Source: Squalus acanthias (taxonomy: Eukaryota). From it: a stretch of 64,000 nucleotides of DNA. Shown here one piece after another: positions 52,397-63,589 of the stretch (the stretch's first letter is position 1; each line of letters starts with the position of its first letter). The notes beneath the pieces were generated by a model. That model saw only the letters and a list, made by a program, of their open reading frames with translations, was not told the DNA's origin and searched no databases. A program made the translations under genes and the position numbers. The stretch is taken from contig CM059432.1 of the NCBI GenBank assembly GCA_030390025.1, positions 114,640,001 to 114,704,000 of the forward strand, in the 5' to 3' direction.

Positions 52397-53534
52397 TAAG
52401 TTTCAGTCTAAGATTTAACCTTGGGGTTGCGGTTGCTATCGTGAATTTTCCAAAGCAGTTTGATTTGTTTAGTTTAAATGTGAAAACTAATTTTTCTCCA
52501 GTTGTATTCAGTATTTTTATAGTCATTTGAAAACGCATCTGAAGAAAGAACAAAAAGAAATACTTACTGTGTTTAGTTAATAAGAATATTTGCTCCACCG
52601 CCTTATAAACCTGCAAAGGAGTTGACCCTTTCCGCAGGCAGCTGTTTTTTTTTAACTTGGTTCACCAAACAACTTTGATCTATGTTTTCTATCTTTAATA
52701 TTGTATTGGACAGTAAAGTTTCTCCAAACGCTCATGAATGAGATAGAATCTGGTATTAATGGGAATTTTCATTCGAGTGAAAGTCAGGAAAATGTAGTTA
52801 CGAATAGTAAATTGATAGCTTTCTCTTGGAGACATTTGTGTTCCTGCCTATAATGAACTTTTTAAGAAAACTGAATTTGATAGTCTGGCCACTACCTGAG
52901 ACATCAGGACCATGCGGTGGAAGATGAGCAAAGATCTCCAGACAATTTTTTGATAAGATCACCTGAAAGCCCGAGAATGGCTTGTATCAGATGGCACATG
53001 TGGCATGATATTGAGATACCGGTATGAGTGTGCAAATGTGATTTGTTACGTATGAAGCAATTACCATCCGGAAATGCATGGTGAATCTGCACTGAAGAAC
53101 GGATCTCAGACATGCTCAGTTACTTGGCAACAGTACGACATGAAATGGTTAATGTGGCTCAGGAGAGTGAGACAACTTTTAAAGCATTGACACATACTCC
53201 ATCGAGAAACTATCTAATTAATGAAACAATCAGAATAGAGTTAAACATACTGGTACCTGTTAGAGGGATTGAAATTGAAGTTGAAGTGGAGAGTTACATG
53301 GAATTTGGATTGGGACATTTGAGGGCTGAGGAGAAATCATGTTTAGTAAGAATTATCCACAAGATGGATACGAGTAAAAGTGAGATCTGGAGAATCTTTA
53401 AGTCCATGATTTGTTGATTAGATGTTAAACTGTAATGTCGCTTGAAATGATTGTAAGACTGAATTATAACTTGTGACTGTAATAATTGTGTTTTGTAGGT
53501 AACAGAGCGTGGGAAAAACCAGTACGAATCCAGT

Positions 53535-53813
53535 ATGAGGTGGTTTTGGTGGTGCCTCCTGTGTCACTACTACCGCAACTACCATGCTTTACGGGTCTAA
53601 CAGGACCTGTCCCATCAACCAACACATTTTACTCAATATCAAAACCTATGCTCAAGTGAAACTGACAGCAAAGAGGACGACTCACACTGGTGGGATATTG
53701 GGCTTAATATATCAGCACACCCTTAGGTTCGTATTATTTCACACGTTCTGGTAGTTCTCCAACTTGTAATGATAGTGTATTTGATATATGTAACCTGTGT
53801 AGTAAGACTTTGA
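53535..53813 (+). pseudogene. env-like remnant (start plus transmembrane anchor, interior deleted)
   Basis: Splice acceptor tgtgttttgtag upstream; MRWFWWCLLC; HWWDIGLNISAHP*VRIISHVLVVLQLVMIVYLIYV hydrophobic anchor. Confidence 0.55.
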
Positions 53814-54276
53814 TACATAAGCCAATTGTGTACTCATGCCTACGACTAACTAGCACCAACAAATTAAATGAGCACAACGAAAGAGAAGATCCGAATCAAT
53901 GTAGAGGAGACCCCAGGTGGGGTAAGATCAGGAAAGATAGAAGAAACACAGGGTACCCCAGGCGGGGCAGAATTGGAACACCAGAACAGTGAATTGAATT
54001 TGAGTAAGGGGTCAGAGGTAGCTCCTCCCCCTCAAAGGAATGGACTGTAAGGAAGGGGGAAGTCTTCATTGCGGAGTCTCCCTACTAACTAACGCCCAAG
54101 TTGAGAAAGCAACAGGCAAATTAGGGGACTATGAGGGGTGGGAAGTAGCTTATAATGCCAGCCAGCATCCCTGGGCATGAATGGTATCAGTGGGCTGATA
54201 ACTTAGAACTAGCTAGATTAATTAAAAGAGGATTGTGAGAAGTCAATAAGGATATTTCCTTCTCAAGGTGGGGAGT

Positions 54277-54757
54277 TGTAAGAAATCGTGAATTGGAAGA
54301 AATAACTTGAGACAAAAAAGTCTCTTCAGGCTGGTGTTAGACTAACTGGATAGACGCTTAGAATTTGCTTATGTTCTTGTTACCCTGCGGATGTTATAAC
54401 ATTCTGCACCGTGGCGGTGACCTTGTTTCCAGACTAGCTGTCTGCTGTTTGTGTGCTAGAAAGGTTGTTGACTGTATCTTTGATAATCTACCCTAGGCCC
54501 ACCCCTAAAAAGAGAGTAAAAGAGATATCAAAAGAGCTTTTAGCACAGACGGTGAAGGGAAGGGAAGAGCTGATCGCGCACGCCAGCCGTCTGTCCGATC
54601 GGGACCGATACCAGCTGCTTGTCACGGTCGTATGTCTACTATGTCTATCTCGATTGCGTGTTGTACTTAACTTAAACTGCCGCTCCTTAATTAAATGCCT
54701 TACAACTCCTAAGACCCTTTGGGTAATCTGTGTGTGACCTGTGATCCGAATCTTACA
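54277..54757 (+). repeat. 3' LTR, 481 bp
   Basis: TG...CA with terminal inverted tgtaaga/tcttaca; follows the PPT. Confidence 0.93.
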
Positions 54758-54944
54758 AGTATTCGTTTAAGTAGGCTTTGTGAAATGGCTCAAATGTAGC
54801 CAGTGGATTTAGGATGGAATAAGTGGGTGGGCTTTGCTAGATACTTCACTCAAGGAACTCCCTTCTTTCCCAACAGCACTAATGCTAGTGAGCTAGCATT
54901 TCCAGGCTGAGATTTACTCATCTGGGCCAGATAAGAATACATTT

Positions 54945-55794
54945 CAGGGGCTGGATGAAATGCAATAAATCTCAGGTACAATGCAGTCAAGGATCCTTAA
55001 TGAACTAAGGGAGGAAACTGCGGGAACTCTGGCGCAAATCTTATAGAAATTTCTGAATACTGGAGAGGTGCCTGGGGACTGGAGAAAAGCAGATGCTACT
55101 CTTATTTTTGAAAAAAGTGGCAAAAATGATCCAGGAAACTGCAGACTAGCGAGTTTTATGTCTATTGTGGATAAAGTTATGGAAATCCTTATTAAAGATA
55201 AGATCATGGAGCATCTGGATAGAAATTAAATCATAAAAGAGAGCCAAAATGGATTCATGAAAGGGAGGTCTTGCCAATCTAATTTACTGGTTTTCATTGG
55301 GGGTGTGGGGTGACAAAGGAGCACGATAGGAGTAAGCCAGTGGATGTGGTGTACTTAGATTTCAGTAAAGCCTTTGATATAGTTCATCTGGAAAGGCTGG
55401 TACTGAATATAAAGAAAGCAGGAATCAGTGGAAATATGTAATTGATTGACCGATAGAACCCAAAGGATGGAGATACAGGGATTATCAACAGCCTGGGGGA
55501 ATGTTGCCAGTGGGATCCACGGGGGTCTGTTTGGGGACATATTTTGTTTAGTATCTTCATAAATGATCTGGAGCTAGGAGTCACAAGCACATTGGTTACA
55601 TTTGCAGATGATACAAAGCTAATGAAGGTGGCAGACTCCAAACCTGAACAGGATAAGCTACAGGAGGATTTGAATATACATATTCATTGGGCAGACAGGT
55701 GGCAGATGAAATTCAATGTAGAAAACTGCAAAGTGGTTCACATAGGGACAAAAAATCTAGGAAGGGACTATTACTTAAATGGAAAGAAAATAAT
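54945..55794 (+). mobile_element. Old CR1 fragment
   Basis: YLDFSKAFD, FADDTKL, WQMKFNVENCKV motifs. Confidence 0.85.
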
Positions 55795-56552
55795 GGCCCG
55801 GAAATCGTGGCAAAGCAAAGGCATTCGTCGCTGGCCCCGAACAAAGATGCCCACAGAGATATCGCAATCTCTGTGACGAGAAGTTAGCCTTTTTCGACGC
55901 ACAAATGATTTCAGTGTAGTATAATGTGGAATCCCTAACACAATCTGTTGTGACGTCAACAAGCTGTCTAAGCAGCCAATCACGTTGCAGAATTCTCACA
56001 GACATGGAAGCAGGAAATGAGAACCTGCTTTTATCCCGACTTTTTAAAAATGTTACAGAGAGCAAAACAAAGATTGGGGCTCTCACATGGGGATAAGGTA
56101 GAACCTAAAATAATCATGAAAAATATCTAATTTTTTTTTAAAGTTTCTTAAAAATTGTAACTTTTATCAAAATGGAGAAATTTGACACTCCACAAAATAA
56201 AATTAGTTTTTCAGGGCCATAACATTTGATTAGCAGTCAATACGCTGTTAAAGCCACAGTTACACCTAAGACAACAAGGCCTAACATTTAATGGGGTATT
56301 TAACAGCGATATTACTGCAGAAAAGCCCAAGCTCTTGTCAGTTCCACTGATTTCCCTGATTGCTGGCTATTGGGGGGGGGGGGGGATGGGGAACAGCGCA
56401 GCCACTGTCGGAGCAGTGAATGACTGACCGCAATTTCAGGATTTGCACGTTTAGATGCGCAAGCGTTGCATCCTGAAGTTGCGGTCAGTTTCAGAGGGGT
56501 AATAACAGCAAACACTTAGTTCACTGTTATTACCCACCACACCTTCCGGCCC
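55795..56552. mobile_element. Harbinger-type non-autonomous element
   Basis: Ends ggcccggaaatc / accttccggccc; flanks aat/att (one mismatch); CRE at 55951. Confidence 0.6.
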
Positions 56553-56595
56553 ATTGGGGGGAATTTTAACCTTTCTCAGGTGATATAAATGATCC

Positions 56596-56851
56596 CATCG
56601 CTCTATATCGAAGAAGAGCAGGGAAGTTCTTCCCGGAGTCCTGGCCAATATTTATCCCTCAACCAACATCACTAAAAAAACAGATTATTTGGTCATTATC
56701 ACATTGCCGTTTGTGGAACCTTGCTGTGCGCAACTTGGCTGCCACGTTTCCTACATTATAATGGTGACTACACTTAAAAAATACTTGGCTGTGCAGCGCT
56801 TTGGGATGTCCTGAGGACGTGAAAGGCACAACATAAATCCAAGTCTTTCTT
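56596..56851 (+). mobile_element. DeuSINE 3' half
   Basis: gaagaagagcag..cctggccaatatttatccctcaaccaacatc, as in 57083-57548. Confidence 0.8.
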
Positions 56852-57082
56852 TATTTACTTGGTAAATAGTGATCCATTACTGTCCTGAACACTTTGTCTT
56901 ATTGTCCCCTAAAACCCGCAGCACTTTACACTAATAAAAGAGAAATAGCTCTCCAATCCATATGGCTCCATTCCCCATCTATACCATCCCAAAAGAAGCA
57001 ACATTTCACAAAAAAGCCAGAAGCATTCTCCCCAAACAACCCAAAGAAAACTCTGCAATGTCTGCTGAACCCCCATCCTCCA

Positions 57083-57548
57083 GTGTCAGCCATGGCTCAA
57101 ATGGTAGCACCCTTGCCTGAGTCAGAAGGTTGTGGGTTCAAGTCAGACTCCAGAGACTTGAGCACAAAAATCTCTGTTGACACTCCAGTGCAGTGCTGAG
57201 GGAGCGCTGCACTGTCGGAGGTGCTGTCTTTCGGATGAGATGTTAAACCGAGGCCCCATCTGCCCTCAGGCAAATGTAAAACATCCCATGGCACTATTTT
57301 GAAGAAGAGCAGAGGAGTTATCCCCAGTGTCCTGGCCAATATTTATCCCTCAATCAACATCTCTAAAAAAAAAACAGATTAGCTGGTCATTATCACATTG
57401 CTGTTTGTGAGATCTTGCTGTGCACAAATCGGCTGCCGCGTTTCCTACATTACAACAGTGACCTGACTTCCAAAAGTACTTCATTGGCTGTAAAACGCTT
57501 TGGGACGTCCCGTGGTCGTGAACGGCGCTATATAAATGCAAGTCTTTC
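57083..57548 (+). mobile_element. Near full-length DeuSINE (SacSINE1-like)
   Basis: tRNA-like head (tggctcaaatggtag A box, gggttcaagtc B box), central cctggccaatatttatccc block, L2-type tail ggcgctatataaatgcaagtcttt. Confidence 0.82.
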
Positions 57549-57930
57549 CAGAGAATAAAGAAATATCTGCCAAAAAAAACCAGATCCACCAGAACTTCTC
57601 CCCCACCCCCCCGCCGCTCCCACCCCCCTCGCCACACACACACGCACACACACAGTATATGCTAGGAAAAGCTCACAATATTTTCCTATAAAAATCCCAC
57701 AAAAACTACCAGAACTCCTGATAACAGTCAAAGAAACACCCAACGTTGACTCTCAGGTTCCTTTGCACACCAGCGGTCACGCCAATGATTCTTCATTATC
57801 TGCTTCTCTTCTAACTGTAGCTCAGCCATGATCTGATTGAATGACGGAGCAGGCTCGAGGGACTGAATGGCCTACTCCTGTTCCAATGTTCCTTTTTCCA
57901 TAATGCACAGCAGCATGCTTCAGAGATAGA

Positions 57931-58761
57931 GGGCTCACTTTTCACCGGCCCATGGAGGCAGGTTTGGAGGCGGGAGTGGTGTGAAAATAACAGATTCGGG
58001 GGTCCCGAACCCATCCCGCCTCCATGCCAGTTTCCCAGGAGGCGGGTACCCGACGTGTGCTGGGACCCGCCTCCCCGAGGCGAGAAGGGATCAGTGCCAA
58101 TAAACTGCCTGTTAACAGGTAGTTAACAGGCAGTTTTTTGCCTAATCCCTATTTTTAGCCCTGAAGTGTGGGCTTCCCGACAGGTCCGAACCACGCCGAT
58201 TTCGCAAGGCGGACCATCAGTCTGGAGGACTTGGAGGGGTCGAGATGTCTGGTGTGCAGCTGAGTGATGGGTGCGTGAGTGCAGAGGTAAGTGTGTTTGG
58301 TGTGTGTAAAGTGTTTTAAGAACTTTTACTTACCTTAACTTTGTCCTGCAGGCTAGCTTCCTTAAGGTGTCGGGAGTCCCTCACATCCACGGCACAGAAA
58401 GCAGAATGGCCGCGGAGCTGTCAAAAGCTGCAGTCTCTGCTTTCTGTGCTGGATTAATTTCTAACTGAGTCTAAGTACAGGGACTCAAGCTAGAAATCAT
58501 ATTGTCAGTGTTTGACAGCTTCACAGAGCTGTCAAACGCTGAAATTTCATCTGTCAAAAGCTCTTGATAGATGAAATTTCAATGGCTGACGTCACCTGTA
58601 TCCAAGGGACCCTTGATTGGGCTGCTAAGCCCGCTGGGCAGTCTTAACAAGGTCAATCAAGGGAAAATACAGTGGGTTGGCCACAAGTCAACGGAGGCGG
58701 GACTACAACCCAAAAAGTGGAGTCCCGCCTCCATCACGTCCGCATTGACAAAATCCAGCCC
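57931..58761 (+). mobile_element. Harbinger-type MITE, 831 bp
   Basis: TIRs gggctcactttt / aaaatccagccc, TSD AGA. Confidence 0.9.
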
Positions 58762-59369
58762 AGAGTGTCTTCTCTGCCAGTTTGTAACATGAGAGTAAAC
58801 TATTACCATTTTCAGCTTTACAACACACTAGCTGACTTCCCATTAATAGCACAGCACCTGCGAGAAATGTGCTGTGTCTCTTTTTTCCACATTCATTGAA
58901 ATCTGGCCATAGGCATTTCATTTATTTAGAAAAGCGGGTTGATTGGAGCAAGAGTGAGTTAGTTTTAGTTGGATCCTGCTACCAGATTGTTCCATTTCAG
59001 TCCAACACAAAGTCCAAGATTAATAACAAGTAACCATTTAACACCACTCTGTGGCCCTTAATACCTGAAGAAGCAAAAGCACCAACAAAACACTGGTGCT
59101 ATAATTTAAACAAAAGGCAAAATAGAACAAAAACTCTGTCTTATGCTAACTATTAATTGAAATGTTCGTAACAAGGGCCAATAATACATAATGTGCAAAC
59201 CTGGCGCAGAACCTCACTTACCAGGAGCGGAAATCAGGAATTCACGGCTGTGACCCACGATTTTCCATCCATTATGGCCAAGTCGAAAACAATTTCCTTT
59301 ATAATTTTAAGTGCTAGCCAGTACTGGAAGCCACAATATAATTTCTGTTCTCAGTTAAAATATAGATTT

Positions 59370-62300
59370 ACTGCATTTGGACTAATGAAGAGGGGGTGGG
59401 AGGATTCAGGAAAGAGTAAATTTAAAAGCAGCGAGAGAAATGTCAAGGCTCTAGAGCAGAGCAGAGTTTTGGGTAAAAGTAAGCAGAGTGGGTCAGGAAG
59501 GGACAGAGAGAGTAACAAAGGTAATAGGGCATCAGTGACTAAGGTGACATCAGGAAAAAATAGAAAAAAATCCAAGCTAAAGGCACTATATCTGAATGCG
59601 TAAAGCATTCGCAACAAAATAGTTGAATTAATAGCGCAGATAGAAATTAATAGGTTTGATCGAATAGCCGTTATGGAGACGTGGTTGCAAAGTGACAAAG
59701 GTTGGGAACTAAATATTCCAGGATACTTAACTTTTAGAAGAGATCGGCAAAATGGAAAAGGAGGAGGGGTAGCCCTGATAATAAAGGATGGGATAATGAC
59801 AGTAGAGAGAAAGGATCTTAGCTCCAAAAATCAAGAAGTAGAATCAGTTTGGGTGGAGCTAAGAAACAGCAAGGGGCAGAAAACATTGGTAGGAGTTGTT
59901 TATAGGCCCCCAAACAGTAGTTGTAATGTAGGGTAGAGTATAAATCAGGAAATTAGAGGCACATGTAACAAGGGTAATACAGTAATCATGGGGGACTTTA
60001 ATCTACATATAGACTGGGCAAACCAAATTTGCAGTAATAGTGTGGAGGACGAATTCATGGAATGTATACAAGATGGTTTTCTAGATCAGTATGTTGAGGA
60101 ACTAACTAGGGAACAGGCTATTTTAGATCTACTTTTGTGCAATGAGAAAGGGTTAATTAATAACTTTGCAGTAAAGGGGCCTTTAGAGAAGAGTGACCAT
60201 ATTATGATAGAATTATATATTGAGTTCAAAAGTGATTTAGTTAAATCCGAAACTAGGGTCATAAATCTAAACAAAGCAAACTACGTAGGTATGAGGGGCG
60301 AGTTGGCTAAGGTAGATTGAGAAACTACATTAAAAGGTATGACGGTAGACAAGCAAAGGCTAGCATTTAAAGAAATAATACATAATTTACAACAAATATA
60401 CATTCCTTTAAGGCACAAAAAGCCCACAGGAAAAGTGGTCCAACCCTGGCTAACAAGGGAAATTAAAGATAGTATTAGATCAAAGGAAGAGGCTTATAAT
60501 GTTGCCAAAAGTAGTAAGCCTGAGGATTGGGAGAATTTTAGAATTCAGCAAAGGAGGACCAAGAAATTGATAAAGAAAGGGAAAGTAGAATATGAGAGTA
60601 AACTAGCGAGAGACATAAAAACAGACTGTAAAAGCTTCTATAGGTATGTAAAAAGGAAAAGATTAGCGAAAGTAAATGTGGGTCCCTTACAGGCTGAGAC
60701 AGGAGAAATTATAATGGGGAATAAAAAAACGGCAGAGATATTAAACAAATACTTTGGGCTGGATTTTGTCAATGGGGACGTGATGGAGGCGGGACTCCCA
60801 CTTTTTGGGTTGTAGTCCCGCCTCCATCAACTTGTGGCCAACCCACTGTATTTTCCCTTGATTGACCTTGTTGAGCCCGCCCAGCGGGCTCAGCAGGCCA
60901 ATCAAGGGCCACCTGGCAACAGGTGACGTCACAGATTGACATTTCATCTGTCAAGAGCTTTTGACAGATGAAATATCAGCGTTTGACAGCTGTTTGAAGC
61001 TGTCAAACACTGACAATCTGTCCTCTAAGTTAATTCCTTCCTCTCAGGCTGATTTAGAGATCTCTGCAGAACAAAAAGCAGAGGCTGCAGCTTTTGACAG
61101 CTCAACGGCCATTCTGCTTTCTGTGCCGGTGAGATTTCTGACTCCCGAGACCTGAAGGGCTGACACCTGCAGGAGGAAGTTAAGGTAAGTAAAACTTATT
61201 CCAACACTTAGCACTTAACTTACACACTTACCTCTGCACACATGCACCCATCACTCACCTGCCTACCGGACATATCGACCCCTCCAACCCCTGCAGACCC
61301 ACGGTCCGCCTCGCTAAAACGGCATGGTTCGGACCTGTCAGGAAGCCCACACTTCTGGGCTAAAAATAGGGATTAGGCAAAAAACTGCCTGTTAACTACC
61401 TATTAACAGGCAGTTTATTGGCACTAATCCCCTTCCCGCCTCGGGGAGGCGGGTCCCAGCACAGGTCGGGTACCCGCCTCCTGTGAAACTGGCATGGAGG
61501 CGGGTTGGGGACAGGATGGGTTCGGGACCCCCGAATCTGCAATTTTAACCCCCCACATGCCTCCAAACCCGCCTCCACGGGTCAATGAAAATTCTGCCCT
61601 TTGTGTCTGTCTTCACGGAAGAAAACGCAAAACACCTTCCGGAAATAGTGGAGAACCAAGGGTCTAGCGAGAATGAGGAACTGAAAGAAATTAATATTAG
61701 TAAAAAAATAGTACTGGAGAAATTAATGGGACTGAAAGCCGATAAATCCTCTGGGCATGATGGCCTGCATCCTAGAGTTTTGAAAGAGGTGGCTATAGAG
61801 ATAGTGGATGCATTGTTTGTCATCTTCCAAAATTTCATAGAGTCTAGAACGGTTCCCGTGGATTGGAAGGTAGCAAATGTAACCCCACTATTTCAGAAAG
61901 GAGGGAGAGAGAAAACGGGGAACTACAGACCAGTTAGCCTGACATCAGTAGTAGGGAAAATCTAGAATCTATTATTAAGGACATGGTAACAGGGAACTTA
62001 GAAAATAATAATAGGATTGGGCAGAGTCAACATGGATTTATGAAAGGGAAATCATGTTTGACGAATCTGTTAAGAGTTTTTTGAGGTTGTAACTCGCAGA
62101 ATAGATAAGGGGGAACCAGTGGATGTGGTATATTTGGATTTTCAGAAGGCATTCGATAAGGTGCCACACAAGAGGTTATTAAACAAAATTAGGGCTCATG
62201 GGATTGGGGGTAATATACTAGCATGGATTGAGGATTGGTTAACGGAAAGAAAACAGTGAGTAGTTGGCAGGCTGTAACTAGTGGGATTCCACAAGGATCA

Positions 62301-63203
62301 GTGCTTGGGCCTCAGCTATTCACAATCTATATCAATGATTTGGATGAGGGGGCCAAATGTAATATATCCAAGTTTGTTGATGATACAAAGCTAGGTGGGA
62401 ATGTAAGTTGTGAGGAGGATGCAAGGAGGCTTCAAGGGGGTATAGACAGGCTAAGTGAGTGGGCAAGAACATGGCAAATGGAATATAATGTGGAGAAATG
62501 TGAAGTTATCCACTTTGGTAAGAAAAATAGAAAAGCAGAGTATTTTTTAAATGTTAAGAGATTGGGAAATGTTGGTGGTCAGAGGGACCTGGGTGTCCTT
62601 GTACACGAGTCAAGACGTCTTCCTGCAATTATATAGGGCCTTGGTGAGACCACTCCTGGAGTATTGGGTACAGTTTTGGTCTCCTTACCTAAGGAAGGAT
62701 ATACTTGCTATAGAGGGAGTGCAACGAAGGTTCTCCAGACTGATTCCTGGGATGGGGGGATTGTCCTATGAGGAGAGATCGAGTAGACTAGGCCTATATT
62801 CTCTAGAGTTTAGAAGAATGAGAGGTGATCCCATTGAAACATACAAAATTCTTACAGGGCTTGACGGGGGAGATGCAGGGAGGATGTTTCCCCTGGCTGG
62901 GGAGTCTAGAACCAGGGGTCACAGTTTCAGAATAAGGGGTCGGACATTTAGGACGGAGATGAGGAGAAATTTCTTCACGCAGAGGGTGGTGAATCTTTGG
63001 AATTCTCTACCCCAGAGGGCTGTGGAGGCTCAGTCGTTGAGTATATTCAAGACAGAGATCGATAGATTTTTGGATATTAAGGGAATCAAGGGATATGGGG
63101 ATAGTGCAGTTGAGGTAGAAGATCAGCCATGATATTATTGAATGGTGGAGCAGGCTCAAGGGGCCAAATGGCCTACTCCTGTTCCTATTTCTTATGTTCT
63201 TAT
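59370..63203 (+). mobile_element. CR1 LINE, near-complete ORF2 (APE endonuclease plus RT), disrupted; same subfamily as copy A
   Basis: YLNA.SI.NK, ETWL, VVYRPP, MGDFN, SDH endonuclease motifs, then RT motifs and 3' tail. Confidence 0.95.
60756..61599 (-). mobile_element. Harbinger-type MITE (inverted relative to 57931-58761) inserted in CR1
   Basis: TIRs gggctggatttt / aaaattctgccc, TSD TTT. Confidence 0.92.
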
Positions 63204-63377
63204 AATGTCTGCCAGGAGAAACAATTCTTTGTATATAAATCGACAGTGGAACACTCAGGATAAGAAATAAAATGTTACCCCGGTGATACTCAAATAGCTC
63301 CGTAAAGTTCACAGTTTAAAATCTAAGATATACATATTATTCTAAAAACAGTCATAATGATTTGTAAGGAGACTAAT

Positions 63378-63589
63378 GGCCCGGAATTTGCGGTCAGCGG
63401 TGAAAGAATGGCGCTCGCCGTTCACCTCACTGACAGCTGCCCACAAATTTTGACTGGCTTTATAGCAGAGACATCCTGTCATCCGGCATCTGTTCCAGCG
63501 TGGCACCCTCTGCAGGGGATCTGTGGCAGGCAAAGTCGCAGTGAGGCTCTTCAACCAATCAGATTGAAGAATCCTCACTGAGACACACA
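63378..63589. mobile_element. Left part of a Harbinger-type element
   Basis: ggcccggaattt start similar to 55795. Confidence 0.45.

Larger units (their letters stand above)
49026..54757 (+). mobile_element. LTR retroelement with gag, protease/RT and env-like remnants (endogenous retrovirus-like)
   Basis: TGTAAGA..TCTTACA ends, 4-bp TSD AGTA, polypurine tract aaggtggggag before the 3' LTR. Confidence 0.9.

Noticed and set aside
49202..54737. Duplicated ORFs MLE(M/R)LLTVSLIIYPRPTPKK as paralogous genes
   Set aside because: They are the two LTRs read in frame by chance.
57083..57160. tRNA gene
   Set aside because: A and B boxes belong to a SINE head; I see no cloverleaf, and the sequence continues into the SINE body.
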